DNA from: a virus
Virus record (IMG/VR): IMGVR_UViG_3300035678_000011
Reading direction: 5' to 3' (one strand)
DNA: 17,753 nucleotides
The position numbers and the translations under genes were made by a program. Below the pieces are notes generated by a model. It made no database searches. It was not told the origin of the DNA and saw nothing but the letters and a program-made list of their open reading frames with translations. Of this stretch, positions 7,472-15,035 are shown one piece after another (within the stretch, counting starts at the first letter, position 1; the number at the start of each line of letters is the position of its first letter).

Positions 7472-8074
7472 TCACCCGACCTTCCGGCGCCGGGACAGCC
7501 CGGCGAGGGTGGTGGCCACGTCCGGGTCGAGCTTGGCGAGCAGCCGCAGTTCGGAGCCCTGGTCGGGGGAACCGGCCACGCCGAGCGGGCTGTCCCGGCG
7601 AGCGTTCCACCGGTTCAGCTGCAGCCGGCCGGCCGTCGGCACCTGCGCGGGCACCGCCGACCAGCCCCAGCGGGCCACCACGGCGTTGCTGATCGGCTGC
7701 CCCGGATAGCTCGGGTACGGCCAGGTGACGAACCCCAGGGCCGTCCAGGGCTTGCCGTCGGCGGGTGCGTTGTCGGGCAGCAACGTCGCCCCCGAACTCG
7801 CGTACGCCACCCCGTTGATCGTCATGCCGGTCAGGTCCTGCACGTCGTCGATCTCCAGCGTCCAAAACCCGGTCGTCGGGTCGTAGAACGGGGTGCGCCG
7901 GTACACCCGGGTCGCCGGGGCGGCCAGTTGGCCGAACTGCCGGTTACAGCGGCGGTCGATGGCGCGGGACGCCGACGTGATCCACAGGGCGATCTCGACG
8001 TCGTCGATGGCGTCGCCCACCCTCAGGAAGTTCTTGGCCTCCGGCAGGGTCAGATAGTCGGGTTTCCACGCCAT
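7472..8074 (-). CDS. Head-tail adaptor/connector (gp6-like N-terminus), 200 aa
   Basis: MAWKPDYLTLPEAKNFLRVGDAIDDVEIALWITSASRAIDRRC matches the gp6-like connector signature (L.eaK..LR....dD..I...i.aA). At 200 aa it may be longer than a simple adaptor, so it may carry an extra C-terminal domain. Confidence 0.72.
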   Translation of the reverse strand: MAWKPDYLTLPEAKNFLRVGDAIDDVEIALWITSASRAIDRRCNRQFGQLAAPATRVYRRTPFYDPTTGFWTLEIDDVQDLTGMTINGVAYASSGATLLPDNAPADGKPWTALGFVTWPYPSYPGQPISNAVVARWGWSAVPAQVPTAGRLQLNRWNARRDSPLGVAGSPDQGSELRLLAKLDPDVATTLAGLSRRRKVG

Positions 8075-8080
8075 GGCCGG

Positions 8081-8566
8081 CTACTCGCTCTCGACGTCTG
8101 CCGGCGGCACGTCGGACCGCTTGCCGGCCGGGCCGGTGATGCCGGGCGTGCCGGCCACCGCCGGGTCGATCAGCCCGTCGGCTACCGACGGGTAGACGTA
8201 GGTGACGCCGCGGATGTTGGCCGGCTGGGATAGGGCCGCCTTGGCGATCTCCCGCCGGTCGGTGCCCGGCTTCGGGTCGCCGATCTCGACGCCGGATTGG
8301 GTGTCCGACTTGGCCAGCTCGGCGCGGACCTGGTCGACGGTCATCAGCCGGCCGCCGATGTTTGCGACGCCGTGCCGCTCGAGCTCCTGCCGGTCGCCCT
8401 CGGACAGGAAAAACGTCTGCGCGGGCTGATACGTGCGGCCGGCGGTGGCCAGCCCGGTCGCGGCGACCAGCTGACCGCGCAGGTTCTCGTTCTCGGCCTG
8501 CGCCGCGGCGAGCCGCTGCTCCAGGTCCGCCTTCGTACCGGGCGCGGGCGCCTCAGAATCGGACAT
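8081..8566 (-). CDS. Hypothetical head-associated protein (161 aa) with N-terminal coiled-coil-like segment
   Basis: Strong SD GAGGAG 6 nt before ATG 8566. Sequence: ADLEQRLAAAQAENENLRGQL, then a Gly/Pro-rich region. It lies directly downstream of the capsid gene. Function unknown. Confidence 0.7.
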   Translation of the reverse strand: MSDSEAPAPGTKADLEQRLAAAQAENENLRGQLVAATGLATAGRTYQPAQTFFLSEGDRQELERHGVANIGGRLMTVDQVRAELAKSDTQSGVEIGDPKPGTDRREIAKAALSQPANIRGVTYVYPSVADGLIDPAVAGTPGITGPAGKRSDVPPADVESE

Positions 8567-8585
8567 CGATACTCCTCAACTCGGG

Positions 8586-8613
8586 TGCACCGGCGCCCAT
8601 AGACGCCGGTGCA
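8586..8613 (-). terminator. Hairpin downstream of capsid ORF (terminator/attenuator or mRNA stabiliser)
   Basis: tgcaccggcg (8586-8595), loop cccataga, cgccggtgca (8604-8613): a perfect 10-bp stem. It lies in the 121-nt gap after the stop at 8688. No U-tract. Confidence 0.5.
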
Positions 8614-8687
8614 TATTCGCTGCTCAACCACACACACAAGATCGGATGGCGCCGCCGAATCCCACACCGCGGGATGGCGCCGGCGGT

Positions 8688-11600
8688 TTACACCGGGTCG
8701 TAGACCAGCTCGCGGGTACCGGCGAAGTCGGTCACGCCGAACGCCTTGTAACCCCAGATGCCCATGTCCACCCAGGCCACCCGCCAGGTGATGTCGATGC
8801 GCTGCGGAGCGGACGCCCAGCCGCACACCTTCTCCGGGTCGAACATGTAGCTGCTGGCCGCGTTGATCGAGGTGGCCGCGGTGGCCCACGCGGGGATCCA
8901 GAGCTTGCCGTGCGCGTCGAGCGAGTCGTAGCGGGGGTCGGCGGTGCCGACGGCGTTCTGTGCCCCGATCGACGGGTACAGCCGGCGGCCGTTGGAGTCC
9001 TTGGCCTTGACCATGGCCGAGTACAGGTCGATCTGGGTGTACACGTTGCGGAACCGGTCACCGCCGCGGATGAACTTCAGCGGGATCAGCCCGGTCGCGA
9101 TCGCCTGATCCAGGGCCGAGTCGACCGCCGCGGTGGTGATCGTGATGTCGGTCATCGACGCGGCCACCGCGACCAGCTGGGCCACCGCGAACGCTTCCAG
9201 GGCCTCGAAGTAGCCGCGGGTCATCTGCCGGTAGATCAGCCCACTCATCTGCGGGTTGCCGCCCTGGTCGAACGCCTCCCGGGTGATCTCCACCTTGCCC
9301 GACACGGGCGACGGGGTGATGGTCTGCGCGGTCGCGGTGAACGTGCCCGGGGTCGGCTCGGTGCCGGTGACGTGGTCGGCGACCAGGCCGGAGCTCGAGT
9401 TGAACTTGGGGATGACGAACGGGGTAACCGCGTCGAGGGTGCCCTTGTTGATCGCGTCCCAGATCGGGTACTGGAATTCCATCTGGTCGACGTACATGTC
9501 CGGCCGGTTCTGCGGGTAGTTGAGGTTCACGACGTTGGCCGGGGTGATCGCGAACTGCTGCGGGTCCGGGTCGGCGTACTGGTCGCGCAGGAACCCTTCG
9601 GCCCGGTCGCGGGAGCCCTGGTCGCCGCCGCCGCCCTCACGCCACCCGGCGAGCAGGTCGGCGCTGAAATCGTGGGTGCCCCGGCGCAGGTTGCCGGTCC
9701 GGTCGAACCGGTACGGGGAAGGCTCGCGGACCTGCGCTGGCCCGTGGTGCGGGTTGACGACCAACGGCGGCTGCGGGGCGCCGTTGGCGTCCAGCGGGAT
9801 GGGCGTCACGCCAGCCTGCTGCGCGGCGACCCACGCCTGGAATTGCTCGAACGTGGCGCCCGCGCCGGGGTTCGGCACGGCCGGCGGCACCGCGGCCGGC
9901 GGGGCGGTCTGGCGCAACTGCGCGATGAACGTCTGGCACGCGATGTTGGCTGCGTGCTTGTGGCCGCAATGCTGGCATGGGTCCACGGTGGTGCCTCCTG
10001 TCAGGTCCGCGGCCACCTTGGTCACGCGGGCGTTGTCGAACGCGGGCAGATGGGTCGAGCTGGTCTCACGCCACGTCGCCCGGACCACGTCGTAGACCTG
10101 GTCGTCTTCGTTGAAAACGACGTCGCCGTCTTCGGGGTACATGCTGAAATCGACGCCGACCGACAGCCCGGTGTACATGCCGTGCGCTGCGTCGTAGAGC
10201 AGCCCGTCGCGCTGGGCTTTCTGCGGGGAGCCTTCCGGGCCGTCCAGGATCGACAGCTCGACGGTCGGGCCAGCCGCCGAATCGGTGATCGACTTGTGCA
10301 TACCGACCGGGTCACCGTGGTTCTTGAGCACCGGCATCCGGTCCGGCGACGAGTACTCCAGGCTGCCCGGCTTGAACCGGTATTTGATGCCGAACTTCGT
10401 CGCGACCTGGTTGTAGGGCACGGCCAGGCCGGTGATCGTGCGGGCGCCCTCGTCGACGGTCGGCGCGGCCACCGGCGCACCGTCGAACTCCGACCAGTCG
10501 AAGGTCATCGTTTGGGGCGCGTCGAAGGTGACCCGCGGCCGGGCCTTGCTCTGCTGGCCGGCCGCCGCTTCCTTGGCCTCGCCCGCGGCGGCGCGGGTGA
10601 CCACGTCGGCGGGAATGCCGGCCTGCTCACCGATCCACTGTTCGTCCACCACACCCATGTCCTGTAACGCCTTCCAGTAGGTGGTCTGGGCGACCGGGTC
10701 GGGTTTGAGGTAGTCGGACAGGTCGAACCGGGGTGCGTAGCCGCGCCGGGTCACATCGCCCATCGCCAGGCGATCGGTGAGCGCGGACATGTACGGCGCG
10801 TACATCCGGTTGATCTTGTCCCGGCGGCGCGCGTCCTCGTTCTGATAGGTGCGCGACGTGGTGGACACCCCCAGGTCCTCCGGGTCGACGCCGAGCCCGT
10901 TCGCGATCGCGATCGTCACCTGCGACTGCAGCTCGGACAGGGTCAAGTCTTTCGGCGACGGCGACGTCACGTCGGAGCGCTGCACCGTCGACGGGATCCA
11001 GCCGAACGGCCGGTACTGGCGCATCGCCCCGTACTCGGCTAGGAACAGGTCCACCTCGTCGTCGTCGAGCGGGTCAACGTCGGAGGCCGGATTGTCGGTG
11101 AAGAACTCGCGCAGCGCCGGGTTCTCGGCGTACATCTCGGTCAGCCGGTCCAGTTTGATCGCGATCCGGATGGCCCGCGCGTTGGCTGCCAGGATGCCCG
11201 GGTTCGGGCTGTCGAAGCGGATCATCAACGCCGACGGGAACGGCTGCCAACCCTTGCCGTCGCAGTGGTCGATCCACACGTACCGCTTGTCCTCGGCGGC
11301 CACGCCGGTGCGGTCCAGCGGCGGGATGCCGGGCAGGTTCGTGTTCGGCGACCGGCCGGGCTTGGTCAGCGACACCTTCCGCGGGTCGATGCGCCGCACG
11401 CTGGCCGGGTAGTTGTCGAAATCTTGGCCGGTGACCTGCCACCAGGCGATGTGCTCGAACGCCAAGTCTTCGATCGTCATGGCCATGTGCACCACGTTCG
11501 GCACGTCCGGGTCGAACTGCCGAAATAGGGCCGAGTCGACCACCGCAGGCCCGCGGTACAGACGCAGCGGCAGCGTGGAGATCGAGCAGATTTCGTTGCG

Positions 11601-11801
11601 GCCGCGTTGCACCGCCGCCACCGAGAGGGCCGCCTCGCGGGAGACGACGGTCATCTCCCCGTTCTTCATCGCGGCCAGCACCATGTCGACTGGGCGCGGG
11701 GCGGTGTCGAAGGTGTGCGTCGGCTCGAGGTCGAGGGTGATCATCCGTGGCGGGGTGACGAGATCCCGCATGACCTGCACTGCTGTGCGCACCCATCCCA
11801 T
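8688..11801 (-). CDS. Portal - S78 prohead protease - HK97-fold major capsid protein fusion ORF (1037 aa)
   Basis: N-terminal ~400 aa are portal-like (..RGRNEICSISTLPLRLYR.., ..TSRTYQNEDARRRDKINRMYAPY..). Residues ~430-610 are HK97-type protease (ITGLAVPYNQ.., VLKNHGDPVG, YTGLSVGVDF, ETSSTHLPAFDNA). The C-terminal ~300 aa are HK97-family MCP (..PIWDAINKGTLDAVTPFVIPKF.., ..VEITREAFDQGGNPQ.., ..WGYKAFGVTD..). I saw no stop or frame break in 3,114 nt. Confidence 0.85.
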   Translation of the reverse strand: MGWVRTAVQVMRDLVTPPRMITLDLEPTHTFDTAPRPVDMVLAAMKNGEMTVVSREAALSVAAVQRGRNEICSISTLPLRLYRGPAVVDSALFRQFDPDVPNVVHMAMTIEDLAFEHIAWWQVTGQDFDNYPASVRRIDPRKVSLTKPGRSPNTNLPGIPPLDRTGVAAEDKRYVWIDHCDGKGWQPFPSALMIRFDSPNPGILAANARAIRIAIKLDRLTEMYAENPALREFFTDNPASDVDPLDDDEVDLFLAEYGAMRQYRPFGWIPSTVQRSDVTSPSPKDLTLSELQSQVTIAIANGLGVDPEDLGVSTTSRTYQNEDARRRDKINRMYAPYMSALTDRLAMGDVTRRGYAPRFDLSDYLKPDPVAQTTYWKALQDMGVVDEQWIGEQAGIPADVVTRAAAGEAKEAAAGQQSKARPRVTFDAPQTMTFDWSEFDGAPVAAPTVDEGARTITGLAVPYNQVATKFGIKYRFKPGSLEYSSPDRMPVLKNHGDPVGMHKSITDSAAGPTVELSILDGPEGSPQKAQRDGLLYDAAHGMYTGLSVGVDFSMYPEDGDVVFNEDDQVYDVVRATWRETSSTHLPAFDNARVTKVAADLTGGTTVDPCQHCGHKHAANIACQTFIAQLRQTAPPAAVPPAVPNPGAGATFEQFQAWVAAQQAGVTPIPLDANGAPQPPLVVNPHHGPAQVREPSPYRFDRTGNLRRGTHDFSADLLAGWREGGGGDQGSRDRAEGFLRDQYADPDPQQFAITPANVVNLNYPQNRPDMYVDQMEFQYPIWDAINKGTLDAVTPFVIPKFNSSSGLVADHVTGTEPTPGTFTATAQTITPSPVSGKVEITREAFDQGGNPQMSGLIYRQMTRGYFEALEAFAVAQLVAVAASMTDITITTAAVDSALDQAIATGLIPLKFIRGGDRFRNVYTQIDLYSAMVKAKDSNGRRLYPSIGAQNAVGTADPRYDSLDAHGKLWIPAWATAATSINAASSYMFDPEKVCGWASAPQRIDITWRVAWVDMGIWGYKAFGVTDFAGTRELVYDPV
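9984..9999 (-). promoter_or_regulatory. Internal ribosome-binding site plus in-frame GTG inside the fusion ORF
   Basis: The minus strand reads ACAGGAGGCACCACCGTGGAC: AGGAGG (9999..9994), a 7-nt spacer, then GTG (9986..9984). The GTG is in frame with the stop at 8688 (1,299 nt). It falls just after the protease domain. Confidence 0.35.
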
Positions 11802-11829
11802 GATCGGGAGTGTACGACGATCGGACAGA

Positions 11830-13413
11830 TTATCCGCTCACGCCGGTGCGGACAGTCCGGACCACCTTCCGCGGGGTCGGCATGGTCCGGGCCAGATGCA
11901 CCGCCCCGGCCGCCGCGTACATCGCGTCGACGTGCCCGGCGCCGCGGCGGGTGAACACCCACCGGTCACCGGTCCACAGTTTCTCGGCGCCCTCGGCCTG
12001 GGCGTCGAGCAGGTCTTGCCCGGAGTGCGCGATCATCACCGCCGACACCCGCTCGGCGAGCCCCATCACCACCGCGGGCACCTCGGCCGCCTGCAGCTCC
12101 TTCACGGTGACGCCGCGCGGCGGCCACGCTGCCCGGCCGCCCTTGGCCCGCCGGTCCCGCAGCGTGGCGTCCAACGTCGCCGCGGGGCCTCCCGGAAACC
12201 AGCCGAACACCTTCGGGCGTACGCGGGTGATCCAGCCGGGCAGGTCGGCCAGGCACCGGGCCAGGGCGTCCGGGCCATCCCACGAGCGGACCGCTTCCAC
12301 CCGGGTCCGCCCGTCGGCCATCATGGCCGCCGCCGTGAGGGTGGCGTGTTGCTGGTCGGGGGACACGTCGATGCACGCGGCCAGCCGGGTCCGCTCGTCC
12401 AGGTCCAGCGGTCCCGGGTCGCGGCAGCCTTTCCAGCCGGCCGGGCTGATCGCCGGGTCCAGCTGGTCGACCGCCATGCACATGATCTCCGTCAGGAACC
12501 CGGTCAGTTCCTCCGGGTCGGCGCCGGGCTTGGCCACCCGCCGGGCCGCCGCGATGATCGTCTCCGGGTCCATGCGCCGCCCGTACTGCGGGTTGGCCGC
12601 GGCGTGGCCGGCGGTGTCCATCGGGTGCGTGCCGGGCGCCGCCGACCACTCGAAGATGCCGACCGGGCGCTCGAGCGCCAGGCTCGCGATCGCGTCGGCG
12701 CGCAACGAGTTGAGCACCACCGAGCGGGCGTCGCCCATGTTCGTGATGTAGACAACCTGCGCGCGCGGGCGCGCATTCATGGCGTTGTACGCGGCGTGGT
12801 ACGCCTCCCACGTGTGTTGCTCACGGAGCTCGTCGCCGATCGCCCGGTCGATGCTCTTGCCGCGCCCGCCCTTGCGGTCGGCGGCGCCGATCTTGTACCG
12901 GCAGCGGTCGACGGTCGCGACCACCTGCTGGCCGTTGCCGATCCGCTTGTGCTTCGGGAACCGCGGCATGAGCGCAACCAGGACAGGCGTCGCTTCGGCG
13001 AGTTCGACCGCGGCCTCCCACGCTTCCTTCGCCTGCTCGAGGTTCGTGCTCGTCCCGAACACCAGCGGCCACCGCTCGATGAACAGCCAGAACAGGGCGA
13101 GCACCTTGCAGAGGTGGGTCTTGCCGTTCTGCCTGGCCACGATCACCAGGACCTGTCGGAACCGCGGCCGGCCGTCGGCGAGCATCTCGCCGAGGTGGAT
13201 CACCAGCCACTGCTGCCACGGGTCGAGTGGCTGGCCGAGGATCACCGCGGCGAAGTGGATCACCGCGTAGCCGTAGCTAGTCCTCGGTGTCAGCCGCCGT
13301 AACGGCCGGGTCCACAGCCGCGGCGTAATCGAGCCCAGTGGTAGGGGCGCCTGCAGCGGCGTCGGCTCGGAGTCGCTCGAGCTCAGCAGTCGCAGGGTCG
13401 ACAACCGTCTCAC
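11830..13413 (-). CDS. terL: Terminase large subunit (527 aa)
   Basis: Walker A-like VIVARQNGKT. The N-terminal ..ITPRLWTRPLRRLTPRTSYGYAVIHFA..LGQPLDPWQQW is typical of Terminase_1-type large subunits. GTG 13413 is preceded by GGGAG 5 nt upstream. The start is uncertain (TTG 13404 is an alternative). Confidence 0.9.
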   Translation of the reverse strand: MRRLSTLRLLSSSDSEPTPLQAPLPLGSITPRLWTRPLRRLTPRTSYGYAVIHFAAVILGQPLDPWQQWLVIHLGEMLADGRPRFRQVLVIVARQNGKTHLCKVLALFWLFIERWPLVFGTSTNLEQAKEAWEAAVELAEATPVLVALMPRFPKHKRIGNGQQVVATVDRCRYKIGAADRKGGRGKSIDRAIGDELREQHTWEAYHAAYNAMNARPRAQVVYITNMGDARSVVLNSLRADAIASLALERPVGIFEWSAAPGTHPMDTAGHAAANPQYGRRMDPETIIAAARRVAKPGADPEELTGFLTEIMCMAVDQLDPAISPAGWKGCRDPGPLDLDERTRLAACIDVSPDQQHATLTAAAMMADGRTRVEAVRSWDGPDALARCLADLPGWITRVRPKVFGWFPGGPAATLDATLRDRRAKGGRAAWPPRGVTVKELQAAEVPAVVMGLAERVSAVMIAHSGQDLLDAQAEGAEKLWTGDRWVFTRRGAGHVDAMYAAAGAVHLARTMPTPRKVVRTVRTGVSG

Positions 13414-13678
13414 CCCCGCTCCCGGTCACCGCGGGCCGCGCCGACGGCGACATGCCCAACCGGTCAAGCATCGCCTCGAGGCGCGCGCCCACGCGCGCAA
13501 TCTCCAGGATCTTGCGCGCGTGTTCCGCCCCGTCCTCGGCTGCCTCACCGTTCAACAGATCGTCGAAACAGTCGTCTAGGGCGTCGGCGTACCGCTTGGC
13601 GAGCGCGATCGTCGCCCGGTCGCGGGGGAGCACCGGTGTGGTCTCCAGCGACTGCCGGAGATCACCGCCGATGGTCAC
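13277..13678 (-). CDS. terS: Terminase small subunit (about 133 aa)
   Basis: Lies immediately upstream of terL. Sequence: ..IALAKRYADALDDCFDDLL..ARVGARLEAMLDRLGMSPSARPAV, an L-G-x-S/T-P-S-x-R motif typical of P27-type small terminases. I take GTG 13678 as the start because it overlaps the upstream TGA (GTGA). Track start 13717 would overlap the methyltransferase gene. Confidence 0.65.
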   Translation of the reverse strand: MTIGGDLRQSLETTPVLPRDRATIALAKRYADALDDCFDDLLNGEAAEDGAEHARKILEIARVGARLEAMLDRLGMSPSARPAVTGSGGETVVDPATAELERLRADAAAGAPTTGLDYAAAVDPAVTAADTED

Positions 13679-14400
13679 CCGTCGCGCCCAGCTCGAGGTG
13701 ACACATACGCGCGCCACGCCTGCCCGACGATGCCGGAACCGGGGTACAGGTCGTCCAGGGTGTCGCCAGCCGTCGCGCCGACCAGGTCGAAGATCCAGCG
13801 ACAGAACGCGGCCGGCTTCGCACCGATCACCCGCGACGGCAGCGTGATCATGGCGGACACGCCGTGCTGCAAGACGTCGACGCGTCGCGCCGCGCCGGCA
13901 CCGCGGCGGAACGCGACGGGTACGTAGATCACCGGCTCCCAGGCGTTGACCGCGTTCCTAGCCGTCGCGTGCGGCCGGGCGCCACGGATCCACGCCGCGA
14001 CGCGTACCGGCAGGCCTTGCGCGACAGCTAGCGCCAGCACGGCCGGCAACGCCCGCGCGGACGTCGACAGCGCCCATCCGTCGTAGGTGGCCAGCCGCGA
14101 CAGCAGCGCGGCGTGATCCACCTCGCCCGCGTAGTCCGGGTGCCCGCGGTACAGATGCGCGTTCCCGGGGTACGGCGGGTCGGCGTACGCCAGCCGTCGC
14201 GTGGATCCAGGCGACGCGTCGTGCGCCGCGGCCGCGGGCCCACGCGACGCGTAGCGGGTGACGCGATGCCGGGCCTGTCGGCACGACTGCGAGCAGGTCA
14301 AGGCGTCGCGTCGCGCCCGGGCGGGGATCGGACCGGAGCACCAGCGGCATTGGCGTTCCGTCGCGGGCGCCGGCGGGAGCGACGGGTCGGCGACGGTCAC
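13675..14400 (-). CDS. DNA methyltransferase (beta-class N6-A/N4-C type) with N-terminal zinc-ribbon
   Basis: Motif IV is YADPPYPG. Motif I-like DDLYPGSGIVGQA lies near the C-terminus (order IV...I). The N-terminus CRWCSGPI..ALTCSQSCRQARHR is a 4-Cys ribbon. Confidence 0.8.
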   Translation of the reverse strand: MTVADPSLPPAPATERQCRWCSGPIPARARRDALTCSQSCRQARHRVTRYASRGPAAAAHDASPGSTRRLAYADPPYPGNAHLYRGHPDYAGEVDHAALLSRLATYDGWALSTSARALPAVLALAVAQGLPVRVAAWIRGARPHATARNAVNAWEPVIYVPVAFRRGAGAARRVDVLQHGVSAMITLPSRVIGAKPAAFCRWIFDLVGATAGDTLDDLYPGSGIVGQAWRAYVSPRAGRDG

Positions 14401-14672
14401 CCGCGGCCGGCCGAATTTCGGGGCACCGGGTCCGCGGCGGCCGGCTGTTGCTCGAGCTGGGATCGATCAGAGTCGATCGCTACAGGTCGTGACGGGTCCG
14501 TGAAAATCGGCGTGGATCGGTCCGGGGGGAGAGAAAAACAGGGCGCGGGTGTCCGCCCACCTCCTGTGCCGGGAAAAAACGCGGCCTGCGCGCGGGCCAA
14601 CGCCTCGAGCCCGCCCGTCGCGATGTGCTGATGCGCGACGCCAGGTCCGGGACAGTTCGGGCAGTCGTTCAC
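14397..14672 (-). CDS. Doubtful ORF (91 codons); only the 5' third looks coding (VNDCPNCPGPGVAHQH..)
   Basis: GTGA overlaps at both ends. From about 14590 down to 14400, third-position G/C drops and homopolymer runs appear, so the 3' two-thirds may be non-coding. Confidence 0.3.
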   Translation of the reverse strand: MNDCPNCPGPGVAHQHIATGGLEALARAQAAFFPGTGGGRTPAPCFSLPPDRSTPIFTDPSRPVAIDSDRSQLEQQPAAADPVPRNSAGRG

Positions 14673-14866
14673 CGCTGGAAGTCCACGCCGTGGTAGTCAA
14701 CGTGCGGGCCTGCGTGCCCCTCTGCCTTGCGGCAGTGCAACGTCCCGCCCGATCCGGGCACCTCGTGCGTTGCGTCGCAGTAGCCGTCTGCCTGCTCGGG
14801 TGGCTCGTGCATTCGCCACGCGCTGCAGGGCCAGATCTCGCCGCACTCGGGGCAGGCGCGGGTCAT
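14669..14866 (-). CDS. Small Cys/His-rich protein (65 aa)
   Basis: ATG 14866 overlaps the upstream stop (ATGA). Sequence: MTRACPECGEIWPCSAWRMHEPPEQADGYCDATHEVPGSGGTLHCRKAEGHAGPHVDYHGVDFQR. Third positions are strongly G/C. The first 19 codons of track ORF 14669..14923 are discarded. Confidence 0.65.
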   Translation of the reverse strand: MTRACPECGEIWPCSAWRMHEPPEQADGYCDATHEVPGSGGTLHCRKAEGHAGPHVDYHGVDFQR

Positions 14867-15033
14867 CGTTTGAACGGCTTCAGCGAGTAGCAGAGCAGGG
14901 CGCGGCAGCGGGTGCGCTTGCACCGCGTCTCCCAGTGGCCGAGCGCGTTGGGTGTGGACGCACCCCAGGAGTGGAAGCCCTGCCGGCAGAGCCAGGGCCT
15001 GCGCTCGGTCGGCTCACCGTCGAGCTTAATCAT
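14863..15033 (-). CDS. Small Cys-rich basic protein (56 aa)
   Basis: ATG 15033 is preceded by AAGGTGGTGA. Sequence: MIKLDGEPTERRPWLCRQGFHSWGASTPNALGHWETRCKRTRCRALLCYSLKPFKR. Third positions are G/C-rich. This is the 3' part of track ORF 14863..15306. Confidence 0.6.
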   Translation of the reverse strand: MIKLDGEPTERRPWLCRQGFHSWGASTPNALGHWETRCKRTRCRALLCYSLKPFKR

Positions 15034-15035
15034 GC

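Noticed and set aside
8646-10667. Very long plus-strand ORFs antisense to the structural genes (8646..10667, 11413..13302, 980..2455, 2686..3948, 4974..6032, 7307..8233)
   Set aside because: Their products are Arg/Gly/Pro/Asp-rich with no motifs. They mirror strongly supported minus-strand genes and are the expected stop-codon-poor shadow frames of very GC-rich DNA.
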